A stretch of 64,000 bases of DNA from Candidatus Latescibacterota bacterium (GTDB lineage Bacteria; Latescibacterota; UBA2968; UBA8231), in the NCBI GenBank assembly GCA_965203175.1, contig OZ241867.1, positions 1,792,001 to 1,856,000 on the forward strand, written 5' to 3'. Below are positions 47,151-57,228 of the stretch, in pieces. The translations under genes were made by a program, and so were the position numbers. How positions within the stretch are numbered: position 1 is the stretch's first letter; each line of letters starts with the position of its first letter. The notes beneath the pieces are model-generated. The model ran no database searches. It had not been told where the DNA came from and saw only the letters and a program-made list of their open reading frames with translations.

Positions 47151-48971
47151 TCATTTGGATTCTAACCGCGCCGCTTTTTCCGCGTCCCACCACCAAGTGT
47201 CGGGAAAGCCCAGCCCATTGGGAGCGGGCTTTGGCATCCGCCCGAACTTGTTCCAGTAGGCCAAGCGATAGGAGCGGCTGTGCGAGTCGGGGATCACGTA
47301 GTGGTTCCAGAGCAAGATGCGGTCGAGGGCGTGGGTTATCGCGACTTGGGTTGGACGGTCGGGGGCAGCGATCTGGCGCTCGATCAGCTCGTCGATGACC
47401 GGATCGGCAATGCCGACGTAATTGCGGCTGCCCGCAGAGCGCGCCGCCGTACTCGACCAGAAGTTGCGCTGCTCATTGCCTGGGCTCAAGGTCTGGCGCC
47501 ACGAGGTAACGATGATGTCGAAATCGAAATCCTGGACGCGGTTTTGGTACTGGGCCGCGTCAACCGTGCGAATGGTCGCCTCAACGCCGAGGCGTTCTAG
47601 GTTTTGCACGAGGGGGCTGAGGACGCGCTCGTACGACGAGGACCCGAGCAAGAATTCAAAGCGCATGACCTCGCCGGTCTCAGCGTGAGTCAGCTTCCCA
47701 TCGACCACGGTCCAGCCAGCCTCGGTGAGCAATTTCTTCGCCGTGCGCAGGTTTTGGCGAAGCTGTCCTGAGCCGTTAGTAGCCGGCGGCGCGTAGGCAG
47801 TGGTAAACACCTCGTCCGGTATCCGCCCCCGGTACGCCTGCAAAATTTCCAACTCCTGTCCCATGGGAAGCCCCGACGACCCAAGGTCCGAGTTGCCCCA
47901 ATAGCTGTTGCTGCGAGTGAGAAGGCCATAGAACAGATTCTTATTAGTCCATTCAAAGTCGTACGCATAGGCGAGCGCTTGCCGCACCTTGGGATCTTTG
48001 AACTTGTCGCGCCGGGTGTTAAACGCAAAACCCGACATGCCGCGGATGAGTTGGTGCGGGATCTGCACCTTGATCATCCGCCCTTTGGCGATCGGCGTAA
48101 AGTCTTCATAGTCAGTGGCCCATTCCTTGGAATCGCTCAACAGGCGATAATCGTACTCCCCCGTCTTAAAGGCTTCGATGGCCACGGTCTGGTCGCGGTA
48201 GTACTCGTAGCGGATGCGGTCGAAGTTGTGGCGACCCTTGTGTACGGGCAGGTCGCGCGCCCAGTAGTCTGCGACGCGCTCGTAGGTAATCGAGCGGCCC
48301 GGCTCGAACTCGGCGATCTTGTACGGGCCGCTACCCAAAGGCGGCTCAAGCGTGGTGGCGGCGAATTCGCGTCCCTCCCAATAGTGCTTGGGCAATACGC
48401 GCAACTGGCCGATGATCAGTGGCATTTCGCGGTTGGTGCCCTCTTTGAACTCGAACTTCACCTGGCGTTCGTCGAGGGCGAAGACTGTGTCAACATCGGC
48501 GTAAAAAGTGCGAAAGAACGGGATGCCCTTGGTGGTGAGGATTTTGAAGCTGAAGATCACATCGGCCGCGGTTACGGGGACGCCATCGTGCCAGCGCGCT
48601 GCGGGATGGAGTTCGAAGATGATCCAAGAGCGATCCTCCGGCATCTGCATCTGCGCCGCGAGCTGGCCGTATTCGGTGAACGGCTCGTCCTTGGACTTGG
48701 TGCAGAGCCGGTTGTAGAGCATCAGCGAGCCGTAGGCGGCAACGCCCTTGAGAGTAAAGGGGTTGAGGTTGTCGTACGTGCCGATGGCGGCGAGGCGGAT
48801 TTCGCCGCCTTTGGGGGCGTCGGGATTGACGTAGTCGAAGTGGGTAAAATCAGGCCCGTACTTGGGGTCGCCGTAGAGCGTGAAGGCGTGGGCGCGGAGA
48901 ACGGTACTGTCCGCGGCATGGGCCACCGAGGCGAGGATAAAGCAGAAAACTAGTGAGCGCATAGTCTGCAT
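47151..48971 (-). CDS. yejA: Extracellular solute-binding protein, YejA-like (copy 1)
   Basis: FTHFDYVNPDAPKGG, SPGNEQRNFW. Confidence 0.9.
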   Translation of the reverse strand: MQTMRSLVFCFILASVAHAADSTVLRAHAFTLYGDPKYGPDFTHFDYVNPDAPKGGEIRLAAIGTYDNLNPFTLKGVAAYGSLMLYNRLCTKSKDEPFTEYGQLAAQMQMPEDRSWIIFELHPAARWHDGVPVTAADVIFSFKILTTKGIPFFRTFYADVDTVFALDERQVKFEFKEGTNREMPLIIGQLRVLPKHYWEGREFAATTLEPPLGSGPYKIAEFEPGRSITYERVADYWARDLPVHKGRHNFDRIRYEYYRDQTVAIEAFKTGEYDYRLLSDSKEWATDYEDFTPIAKGRMIKVQIPHQLIRGMSGFAFNTRRDKFKDPKVRQALAYAYDFEWTNKNLFYGLLTRSNSYWGNSDLGSSGLPMGQELEILQAYRGRIPDEVFTTAYAPPATNGSGQLRQNLRTAKKLLTEAGWTVVDGKLTHAETGEVMRFEFLLGSSSYERVLSPLVQNLERLGVEATIRTVDAAQYQNRVQDFDFDIIVTSWRQTLSPGNEQRNFWSSTAARSAGSRNYVGIADPVIDELIERQIAAPDRPTQVAITHALDRILLWNHYVIPDSHSRSYRLAYWNKFGRMPKPAPNGLGFPDTWWWDAEKAARLESK

Positions 48972-49134
48972 GAGAATCGTCGTTTAATGTGAGGGTGATA
49001 AAACGGAAAATTAGTGCGTACATAGACTACAAAATTAACCTGAAAACGCATTTACGGCCACCGACGCGGTTGGCCGCAGCTCGGCTCTGTTCTATCTTGG
49101 CGACCTATAATTTGCTACGCGAGGAGGACTGCCG

Positions 49135-49932
49135 ATGCTGACGCCCAAACAAAAAGAACACTTTGACGTCTTTGGCTTTCTCTGCCTGCGCCAGGCGTTT
49201 TCCCCGGACGAGATGGCCGAGATTACCCAAGCCGCCGACCAAGTGTGGCACGAGGACCGAGGCGGCCAACCCGACGACGGCCAGCACCAGGGCCTAGCGC
49301 CTTTTGCCGAGCTAAATCCCCGGCTTTTGGACCTAGCCGAGGACGACCGCATTTTCGAGGTAGTCGCCGACCTCTTAGGAGACGATTTCCTGTGGTCGGG
49401 ATCGGAGGGCAACAAGGAGGGGCGTACCGAGAAAGGGGAGCACAACTGGCATGCGGATCGGCCAGGGGCCGCAGAGACCGAGTATCACCGGCTCAAGGTG
49501 ATGATCTACCTGACGCCCACCACCAAAGAGCAGGGTGCCCTGCGGGTGATCCCCGGTTCGCACCGCATGCCCTTCCACGAGTGGCTCTGGCCCTTACAGT
49601 CCCACCACTTCAAGGACGGCACAATCGGCGACAGCTTTGGGGCGCGAGGCGAGGACATCCCTTCCTGCGCGGTGGAGACGACGCCCGGCGACGTGGTCTT
49701 TTTCCACCACAGCCTCTTTCACGCGGCCTACGGCAAGTTCCCCGAGCGGCGCTACGTTGCCTTCAAGTTCGTCACCCGGCCCGACACCGAGGCCAAGCTG
49801 CGGTCCATGCAGCACTACGCATCCTACGCCTTTGACGTCAATCCAGCGCTCTTAGCAAGGCCCCGACTGCGGTCCATTGCAGAGGACATGATCGCCTTGG
49901 GCGAACAGGCGCGGGCTTTAACAGGCCAATAA
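49135..49932 (+). CDS. Phytanoyl-CoA dioxygenase (PhyH) family protein
   Basis: WHAD, LRVIPGSH, PGDVVFF..LFHA. Confidence 0.9.
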   Translation: MLTPKQKEHFDVFGFLCLRQAFSPDEMAEITQAADQVWHEDRGGQPDDGQHQGLAPFAELNPRLLDLAEDDRIFEVVADLLGDDFLWSGSEGNKEGRTEKGEHNWHADRPGAAETEYHRLKVMIYLTPTTKEQGALRVIPGSHRMPFHEWLWPLQSHHFKDGTIGDSFGARGEDIPSCAVETTPGDVVFFHHSLFHAAYGKFPERRYVAFKFVTRPDTEAKLRSMQHYASYAFDVNPALLARPRLRSIAEDMIALGEQARALTGQ

Positions 49933-49939
49933 GAGAATT

Positions 49940-50452
49940 TTAATCGTGCTCGCCGCCTGTTTCACCCTCAGATCCGCTGTGCTCGCCGCCTGCTCCATCC
50001 TCAGATCCGCTGTGTTCACTCACTCCCACCTCTGCATGAGGAGTCCAAGCGTCAAAATTCTCGCTGGTTGCCTCTAACCTGACTTCTCGTTTCACGGCAG
50101 GACCAAGGTCAACAGGAGTCGTCGGACCGAGTTCCACGCCATTGGACAGGTGAACTTCAACCCGCACTTCTTGCAAGGTCTCGTCGGTGATGTTTTCCAC
50201 AGTGCCATTGAAAGAATTGTCTTCTGCATTGTAAGCCATCACCAGCCGGACGCCGTTTCTGGTCGTATCGTACGTCTCATTCAGTGAAAGGGCGGTCCCG
50301 GATTCTTCTCCGGTCTCGCCCCCATTTTCGCCACCCTCGCGAGCGTGTTCGTCTCTGCTTGCGCTCAGGACTTCCTCGGTTGGTGCTTCACTTGAACATC
50401 CAACAATTGCGACGCAAAAAATGACGGCCATCGCACCGAGAATACGGTTCAT
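49940..50452 (-). CDS. Putative lipoprotein with C-terminal His/Gly/Glu repeats
   Basis: Lipobox IVGC; 33-bp tandem repeat encoding HSGSE(D/G)xxGGE. Confidence 0.75.
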   Translation of the reverse strand: MNRILGAMAVIFCVAIVGCSSEAPTEEVLSASRDEHAREGGENGGETGEESGTALSLNETYDTTRNGVRLVMAYNAEDNSFNGTVENITDETLQEVRVEVHLSNGVELGPTTPVDLGPAVKREVRLEATSENFDAWTPHAEVGVSEHSGSEDGAGGEHSGSEGETGGEHD

Positions 50453-50538
50453 TGCTTTCTCCCTTTTTGGCGGTCTCGCGGCCCCGCGTAGGGTGCGCTA
50501 ACTGAGCGGTTTGTGCCGTCTAAAAGCGAATTGCGTTC

Positions 50539-51621
50539 CTATACCGACGGCAATTGCGGCACGACTCGGTTGGCGAGTAAGTCCATTGAGCGCTTCCACA
50601 GCGGCCGGTCGTCCCAGTCGTGGGCGATCATCAGCAGCGTGTCAAAGCCCCCGGTCGTATCCCACAAGCCCTGTAGCTGATCTACGCACGACTGCACGTC
50701 GCCTATTATGCACAGGTTCCTGATCAGATACTCGGGCGTGACTTCCTCGTCGGGAACGTCCGGGTCGTGCTTCGTAATGTGGAGCATTTCGGCACCGCTG
50801 AGTACGGCGATCAGATATTCATAGGAACGGCAGAAAGCGCTCTTTTCGTCGAGGGCGTAATCCCAAGCGCGCGCTTCGTCATCGGCGACGAGGATGCTGC
50901 GCGAGATGCGCCAGCGGGTGCGCTCGGGCGCGGGCAGACCGGCCTCGGTGGCCCCGGCGCTGTAGGTCTGCCAGTGCTGGGTCAAGATCGAAGGAGCGAC
51001 GAGATTGGTGCTGATGGGCAGATAGCCCCGCTGGCCGGCCATGGTCGCGGCCATGGAGCCGCTTCTTATCACGCTCATGCCAATGGGCGGGTGCGGCTGC
51101 TGGTAGGGCTTGAGCAGTTCGCCGATGCCGAGTTCGGGGTCCGCCTCTTCAATTTTGATGCGGTAGAAATCCCCTGCAAAGTCAAAAGGGGCGTCCGCCT
51201 GCCAGAGCTTGAGGACCATGTCGATGCTCTCGACGGTCATCAGCCCTTGCGTCTTGGGATCGGGCAGGTCAAAAAGGCCCCAGTCGGTAGCGACGCCGCC
51301 TTGGCCGAAACCGCAGTTGAAGCGGCCCTTGGACAGGTGATCGAGATAGGCCAGTCGCACCGCGACATTGACCGGGTGGTGCTGCGGCATGATGGAGACA
51401 CCCGTGCCCAAACGGATATTTTGCGTCAGGGGCAGGACGTGGGCGATGAAGAGGTCGTTGGACGGAATCGGCTCCCAAGCGACGGTGTGGTGCTGGCCGA
51501 CCCAAGCCTCGGTGAAGCCGAGCTGATCGGCGCGGACGACGAACTCGACGTCCTCGGCAAAGCATTCGGTGCGGTCTTTTTCCGGGGGGTGCAAGGGCAT
51601 CATAAAGGTGCCGAGTTTCAT
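50539..51621 (-). CDS. LLM-class flavin-dependent monooxygenase
   Basis: FMMPLHPP, EAWVGQH, IRLGTGV, LDHLSKGR, KPYQQPHPPI. Confidence 0.92.
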   Translation of the reverse strand: MKLGTFMMPLHPPEKDRTECFAEDVEFVVRADQLGFTEAWVGQHHTVAWEPIPSNDLFIAHVLPLTQNIRLGTGVSIMPQHHPVNVAVRLAYLDHLSKGRFNCGFGQGGVATDWGLFDLPDPKTQGLMTVESIDMVLKLWQADAPFDFAGDFYRIKIEEADPELGIGELLKPYQQPHPPIGMSVIRSGSMAATMAGQRGYLPISTNLVAPSILTQHWQTYSAGATEAGLPAPERTRWRISRSILVADDEARAWDYALDEKSAFCRSYEYLIAVLSGAEMLHITKHDPDVPDEEVTPEYLIRNLCIIGDVQSCVDQLQGLWDTTGGFDTLLMIAHDWDDRPLWKRSMDLLANRVVPQLPSV

Positions 51622-51669
51622 GGTACTCCTCCTCTACGGGCGATGTAGGTACGCAGTGTTTTTTCTAAC

Positions 51670-53004
51670 TCAATATCCCAATTCCCGCTCCATGTCTCCA
51701 ACCACATCCGCGATCACCTGTGCGATTTCCTCGACCTGTTCCTCGCTAATGGTAAAGGGCGGGCTGATGGCAATGTGGTCGCCGCTGACGCCGTCGATCA
51801 ACCCAGGCGACCCAGGCATGATGAGCACGCCTTTGGCAAAGGCGCGGTTGACGATCGCGGCCGACACGCCTTGGGCGGGGTCAAAGGGCGTGCGGCTCTC
51901 CTTGTCCTTTGCGAACTCAACGCCGGTGAGCAGGCCCTTGCCGCGCACTGCGCTGACTATGGGCGAGTCCATTAAGGGCTGCATCTTCTCCAGCATCAAG
52001 TCGCCCATCTGCGCGCAACGAGTGACCAAGTCGTGGTCCTGAATGTAATTCTGCACGGCAAGGGCAATGGCGCAGGAGAGCGGATTGCCGCCGTAGGTGT
52101 GGCCGTGGACGTAGTGGTTTTGCTTTTTGTAGATTCCGTCGTAGATCTCGTCGCGGACCAGGGTGGCGGCAATGGGCGTGTACCCGCTGGCGAGACCCTT
52201 GCCAGTGGCTATGATGTCTGGAATGGCGTCCCAGTGCTCAATGCCGAAATTGAGGCCCGTGCGTCCGTAGCCGGTGACCACTTCGTCGATGATCATCAGG
52301 ATGTTGTAGCGGTCGCAGATCGCGCGGATGGTGGGGAAGTAGTCGGGCGGTGGCATCAGGCCACAGCAAGAAGTGCCCGAGATCGGCTCGGCGATAAAGG
52401 CGGAGATGTACTCGCTTCCCTCTTGTTTAATAACCCGCTCCAGCTCTTCAGCGCAGGAGAGCGTACAGGCGGGTCGGTCTTGGCAGTACGGACAGTGATC
52501 CGGGTGGGGGAAGGTGATGTGCGGGAAGTCGTGCAGGTAGGGCACGTAGTCCTCGCGCCAAGTGGAGCGGCCCGACATGGAAAGCGCGCCGATGGTGTTG
52601 CCGTGCCAGCTCTGCCAGCGAGTGATGACTTTGAACTTCTTCGGGTTGCCGGTCTCAACGTGGTACTTGCGGGCGATCTTGAGCGCGGACTCCGTGGCCT
52701 CGGATCCGCCGGAGATGAAGAAGACGCGGTTGAGGTCGCCGGGGGCTATGGCGGCGACTTTGTCGGCGAGGTCGATTTGCGGTTGGGTGAGGAAGCGGGC
52801 ATAGGTAAAGCTGACCTTGTTCGCCTGCTCCCGCATGACCTCACCTATCTCCGGAACGCCGTGGCCAATGGAGACCACGTGGACGCCAGCGCAGGCATCG
52901 AGGTACGCGCGGCCGTCTTCGGCGTAGAGATAGCAGTCTTTGCCGTGGGAAATCTGCGGCCAGTTGTCGGTAATGACGCGGTGAAAAATGCGGTCGGTGG
53001 TCAT
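51670..53004 (-). CDS. Class III aminotransferase
   Basis: SGGSEATE, IDEVVTGYGRTG, GKGLASG, HGHTYGGNP; start MTTDR. Confidence 0.93.
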   Translation of the reverse strand: MTTDRIFHRVITDNWPQISHGKDCYLYAEDGRAYLDACAGVHVVSIGHGVPEIGEVMREQANKVSFTYARFLTQPQIDLADKVAAIAPGDLNRVFFISGGSEATESALKIARKYHVETGNPKKFKVITRWQSWHGNTIGALSMSGRSTWREDYVPYLHDFPHITFPHPDHCPYCQDRPACTLSCAEELERVIKQEGSEYISAFIAEPISGTSCCGLMPPPDYFPTIRAICDRYNILMIIDEVVTGYGRTGLNFGIEHWDAIPDIIATGKGLASGYTPIAATLVRDEIYDGIYKKQNHYVHGHTYGGNPLSCAIALAVQNYIQDHDLVTRCAQMGDLMLEKMQPLMDSPIVSAVRGKGLLTGVEFAKDKESRTPFDPAQGVSAAIVNRAFAKGVLIMPGSPGLIDGVSGDHIAISPPFTISEEQVEEIAQVIADVVGDMERELGY

Positions 53005-53172
53005 AGATCCATCCTTTGTATGTTGTAGTAGCAAGGCCCCGAAAGATACGAAGTCTTAAGAGGCCAGCATAGAGCGCGACCGATTTTGGCGGCTATTCGG
53101 GGTGCAACCCGCGCAATATCTCGATATGTTTCTCTACATACTGCTGAGCAACATCAGTGAGACAACAAACAG

Positions 53173-55338
53173 GTGATATTGCAAAAGAATTGTAGGCGAG
53201 TGCTGGCGGCGTGGCTGCTGTTGGCAGGGACGGCACAGGCGGCGACCCTGAGCGGCTTTGTCACCGATGTCGACAGCGGCGAAGCCCTGACCCGCGTCGC
53301 CATTGTGGTCGAAGGACTTCAACTCGAGGCGGTCAGCAACAACAGCGGCTACTACGCGGTCGTGCAAGTGTCGGCTGGCACGCATGTGGTGAGTGCGTCG
53401 CATACAGGCTACCAGACCTGGCGGGACACGCTCCACTTTGGCGCGGACGAGGTCGTGAGGCTCGACTTGGCGCTGGTACCCAAGCCAGTGGACCTGGGCG
53501 AGCAGGTCTCGGTGGAGACCGATCGCATCCGCCTCCGCGTCAAGCCGTTACAGCAGATGCCCGCTCTCGGAGAGGCCGATCTCTTGCGCGGCTTACAGCT
53601 ACTGCCGGGCGTCCAAGCGGTTGCGGATATCAGCAGCGGCTTGTACGTGCGCGGCGGCGGTCCCGACCAAACGGCTATCCTCCTCGACCAAACCCCTCTG
53701 TACAATCCCTCCCACCTCTTCGGACTTTTCTCGACCTTCAACCCAGACGCCATTAAGAAGGTCGATCTGTACAAGGGAGCCTATCCCGCTCTGTACGGCC
53801 GCACGCTCGGGGCGGTGCTCGACGTGAGCAACCGCGAGGGCAACCGCAAGCGCACTAGCGGGCGCGGCGGCGTGAGCCTGATTTCGGGGCGCTTACTCAC
53901 AGAGGGACCCGTCGGGCAGGGATCGTGGATGCTGGCCGGTCGCCGCACCTACCTAGACGGCGTGTTTAGTGCCCTCCGCGCACGCGGGGAGGACATCCCG
54001 TTGGACTATTTTTTCTACGACCTCAACGGCGACATCAACCAGCGGCGGGGTGACGACGCCTACGCCGCGAGCGCGTACTTGGGCCAAGATGACCTGCGGA
54101 TTGAGTTAGAAGACGATGAAGAGTCTTTCTTCGATATGAGCTGGGGGAACCGCGTCCTGACTGCGCACTGGACGCGCGCGTTCTCGCCGGCCCTGTTCGG
54201 CCACCTCATGGCCGCTAGCTCGTCGTACGAAAGCATCGTCGCGCTCCGTTTTCTCGACGCGCCCGTCCGCATCGCCAACAGCATCCGCGACCTATCGCTT
54301 AAAGGCGACGTGGATTACTTCGCCAACCGCCATCACACGCTTTCTTTGGGATTGTTGGCCACCCTATTTGAGTTTCACTTTGCCCGATCTTTTAACGAGC
54401 GGACCCAGCTCGATTTGCGCCAAGAGCCGGTGCTGTTGGAAGGCTACGTGCAGGACGAGTGGCGGCCGGGGCCGACCACGCGGGTGCGATTGGGTGGACG
54501 GGGAACGTACTTCAGCACAGGAGACCGCTGGCACTTCACGCCGAGGCTGTCCCTGAGCCAAGCGTTGAGCGACAAGGTCCGGGTCAAAGCCGCCGGCGGG
54601 GTGTATCGCCAACACCTGCAACTGATCACCACCGAAGCCTTCAGTGGCGGCGATTTCTGGGTGCCTTTGGACGACACTGTCGAACCGGGGCGATCCTATC
54701 AGGCCGTCACCGGCGTCGAGTGGACCCCTTCGCCGCGCTACCAGCTTGCCGTGGAGGCCTATTACACGGATCTCGCCAACCTAGTGACCGTGGATACCGA
54801 ACTGCCCGATGACAGCAAGGCCACGCACTCGGAAGCGGTGTTCAAAAGCGGCGGCACGGGTTGGGCGAGGGGGGTCGAGGTCTTTTTACAGCGGCGCACC
54901 GGCGCGCTCACAGGGTGGATCGGCTACGCACTCGGTTGGACGCGGCGCACCTTCCCGGAACTCAATGATGGCCGTTCTTTTCCCCCCAAGCACGACCGCC
55001 GCCACGACCTGTCTTTTATCGCCTCCTACAAGGTGGGCGCATGGCGGCTCGGCGCGAACCTAGCGTATGCCACTGGGCAGGCATTTACACCGGTTTCCGA
55101 GTCACCTGTCCAGCGCAACAGCGCCCGCCTGCAGCCCTATCACCGCCTCGATGTCAGCGCCCGCCGGTCGTTCGGGCTGCGGGGAACCGACAGCGAGTTC
55201 TACGTGCAGATATTCAATGTGTACAGCCGCCGCAACGAGTGGTTTGTGCAGCTTGATTCAGTCGATCCGGAAGTCGACCCGCGCAAGATCAAGCAATTGC
55301 CCATAATCCCCACGCTGGGCTTCAACTTCTCTTTTTAG
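53173..55338 (+). CDS. TonB-dependent receptor with N-terminal carboxypeptidase-like domain
   Basis: GLYVRGGGPDQ, YNPSHLFG, KGAYPALYG, C-terminal F. Confidence 0.88.
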   Translation: MILQKNCRRVLAAWLLLAGTAQAATLSGFVTDVDSGEALTRVAIVVEGLQLEAVSNNSGYYAVVQVSAGTHVVSASHTGYQTWRDTLHFGADEVVRLDLALVPKPVDLGEQVSVETDRIRLRVKPLQQMPALGEADLLRGLQLLPGVQAVADISSGLYVRGGGPDQTAILLDQTPLYNPSHLFGLFSTFNPDAIKKVDLYKGAYPALYGRTLGAVLDVSNREGNRKRTSGRGGVSLISGRLLTEGPVGQGSWMLAGRRTYLDGVFSALRARGEDIPLDYFFYDLNGDINQRRGDDAYAASAYLGQDDLRIELEDDEESFFDMSWGNRVLTAHWTRAFSPALFGHLMAASSSYESIVALRFLDAPVRIANSIRDLSLKGDVDYFANRHHTLSLGLLATLFEFHFARSFNERTQLDLRQEPVLLEGYVQDEWRPGPTTRVRLGGRGTYFSTGDRWHFTPRLSLSQALSDKVRVKAAGGVYRQHLQLITTEAFSGGDFWVPLDDTVEPGRSYQAVTGVEWTPSPRYQLAVEAYYTDLANLVTVDTELPDDSKATHSEAVFKSGGTGWARGVEVFLQRRTGALTGWIGYALGWTRRTFPELNDGRSFPPKHDRRHDLSFIASYKVGAWRLGANLAYATGQAFTPVSESPVQRNSARLQPYHRLDVSARRSFGLRGTDSEFYVQIFNVYSRRNEWFVQLDSVDPEVDPRKIKQLPIIPTLGFNFSF

Positions 55339-55468
55339 TAGCGAAATCCAAAGTCGGCGAACGCGACGCGGATGCACTCAAAAGGCCCTTTCGCGTCTCG
55401 CCGGATACGTATCAGCCCACAATTCCACCGCATTAAAAGCCCCTGCATAATATAGTAAATTAACTGAT

Positions 55469-55543
55469 TGTCTAAATTTTGTCTAAAAAATTTCAGAAAA
55501 TATATTGATAAATAATAGACAAATAAGTACACTCAATTAGACA
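55469..55543. promoter_or_regulatory. Putative CarH/LitR operator (11-bp-phased TnnACA-type repeats)
   Basis: TGTCTA at 55469 and 55480; TTGATA 55505, TAGACA 55516, TAGACA 55538; AT-rich patch upstream of the fasciclin-carH genes. Confidence 0.65.
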
Positions 55544-55593
55544 ATGGACGCCGAAAGTGGCTCCATACACCTTTACAATTAGGAGGAAATCGC

Positions 55594-56133
55594 ATGAATA
55601 TCACCCGCATTGCCACGCTCATGGCGCTGACACTCTCGTTTTGGGCAGGCCCAGCCCAAGCCCAGGACGACGAGGATATCGTCGGCGTTGCCATCGGGGC
55701 TGGCACTTTTAACACGCTGGTCGCCGCGGTTCAGGCCGCGGAACTAGTCGACGCGCTCAAGGGTGAAGGCCCCTTCACTGTCTTTGCCCCCACTGACGAG
55801 GCCTTCGCCGCTTTGCCAGAGGGCACCGTCGAATCGCTGCTGTTGCCCGAGAATAAGGAGTTGCTGACCTCGATCCTGCTTTATCACGTCGTCTCCGGTT
55901 CGGTTTTGGCCGCTGACGTAGTGGGACTGGATTCGGCTACCACCCTCAATGGTGCCTCGATCGATATCAGCGTCAGCGACAGTGGCGTGATGATCAACAA
56001 TGCCAATGTCGTCCAAGCTGACGTGGCCGCCAGTAATGGGGTAATCCACATCATTGATGCGGTGCTCCTGCCTTCGCTTGCTACCGCTGTCGAGGGCAGT
56101 ACTTGGGGGACGGTCAAGCAGCAGGCTCGCTAA
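55594..56133 (+). CDS. Fasciclin domain protein
   Basis: [33 protein letters not shown]; AGGAGG RBS. Confidence 0.95.
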   Translation: MNITRIATLMALTLSFWAGPAQAQDDEDIVGVAIGAGTFNTLVAAVQAAELVDALKGEGPFTVFAPTDEAFAALPEGTVESLLLPENKELLTSILLYHVVSGSVLAADVVGLDSATTLNGASIDISVSDSGVMINNANVVQADVAASNGVIHIIDAVLLPSLATAVEGSTWGTVKQQAR

Positions 56134-56156
56134 GCCAGTAAATTCTGACGAAGAAG

Positions 56157-56193
56157 GCCGCAGCGAATATCCTTTTTTGCTGCGGCTATTTTT
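56157..56193 (+). terminator. Putative intrinsic terminator
   Basis: GCCGCAGCGAA / TTTGCTGCGGC stem followed by TATTTTT. Confidence 0.5.
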
Positions 56194-56256
56194 CCCTTTG
56201 CAACGAAGACGCTAGGAGATTGTGGAAATGGGTAGAAATCGCTTGTTTGCTGTGCT

Positions 56257-57219
56257 ATGGAATCGACGCCGGGACATTCTATCAAAGTGGTAGTGCGGCG
56301 GACCGGGCTTTCGGCCCATGTCATCCGCGTCTGGGAAAGGCGCTATCAAGCCGTGGTGCCCGCGCGAACGGAGACCAACAGACGACTTTATTCGGACGAG
56401 GACATCGCGCGCTTGCAGTGGTTGCAGCAGGCGGTGCAGGCCGGACAGAGCATTGGCCGCATCGCCCATCTCTCCACGCCCGAGCTGATGAAGCTGGTCC
56501 GCGCTGAGCAAGCAGCGGCACCGTTGGCCCAAAGGCCGACCGATGGAGAGGGCGAGGAAAAAGACCCCGGCGAATTCCTCAAACAAGCCTTAGTCGCAGT
56601 GCAAAGGCTGGACGCAGTCTCGCTTGAAGAGCAATTGGTCCGCGCCTCCATAGCGTTGAGCCAACGGCATCTGCTCGAAGAAGTGGTCCAGCCGCTTATG
56701 GAGCGCATCGGCCAGATGTGGCAGGAAGGCACCTTGCGGGTATCCGACGAACATATGGCTTCGGCCGTGGTGCGCAGCTTTATCGGCAACATACAGGCTA
56801 GTTTCCAAGTATCGGCAGCCGCTCCCCACCTTGTCGCGACCACGCCAGCGGGGCAATTGCACGAGATGGGGGCCTTGCTCGCTTCGGTCGTGGCCACGTC
56901 AGAAGGGTGGAATTCGACTTTTCTGGGACCCAATCTACCGGTCGAAGAGATCGCCGGAGCCGCCGCGCAAAAGGGTGCCAAGGCCGTCCTTCTCAGCATA
57001 GTCTATCCGGGCGACGATCCCCATCTGGGCGGCGAGTTGATCAAATTGCGCCGTCTGCTGGGCGACGAGATTGCCCTGTTAGCCGGCGGCCGGGCTGCCC
57101 AGCATTACCGGCGTTTTCTCAACCAAGCCGGGGCCGTTACCCTAGCCTCCCTGAACGATTTGTGCGATTCCCTGAGTCTTTTGCGCCAAGAGACCATGCT
57201 AAAAGCGCCTGTTCAGTAG
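56257..57219 (+). CDS. MerR-family, cobalamin-binding regulator (CarH/LitR-like photoreceptor)
   Basis: IRVWERRY..RT..NRRLYS HTH; W-x9-EH (WQEGTLRVSDEH); LHEMG B12 motif; LGPNLP; AGGRA. Confidence 0.9.
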   Translation: MESTPGHSIKVVVRRTGLSAHVIRVWERRYQAVVPARTETNRRLYSDEDIARLQWLQQAVQAGQSIGRIAHLSTPELMKLVRAEQAAAPLAQRPTDGEGEEKDPGEFLKQALVAVQRLDAVSLEEQLVRASIALSQRHLLEEVVQPLMERIGQMWQEGTLRVSDEHMASAVVRSFIGNIQASFQVSAAAPHLVATTPAGQLHEMGALLASVVATSEGWNSTFLGPNLPVEEIAGAAAQKGAKAVLLSIVYPGDDPHLGGELIKLRRLLGDEIALLAGGRAAQHYRRFLNQAGAVTLASLNDLCDSLSLLRQETMLKAPVQ

Positions 57220-57228
57220 GTCAAACAA

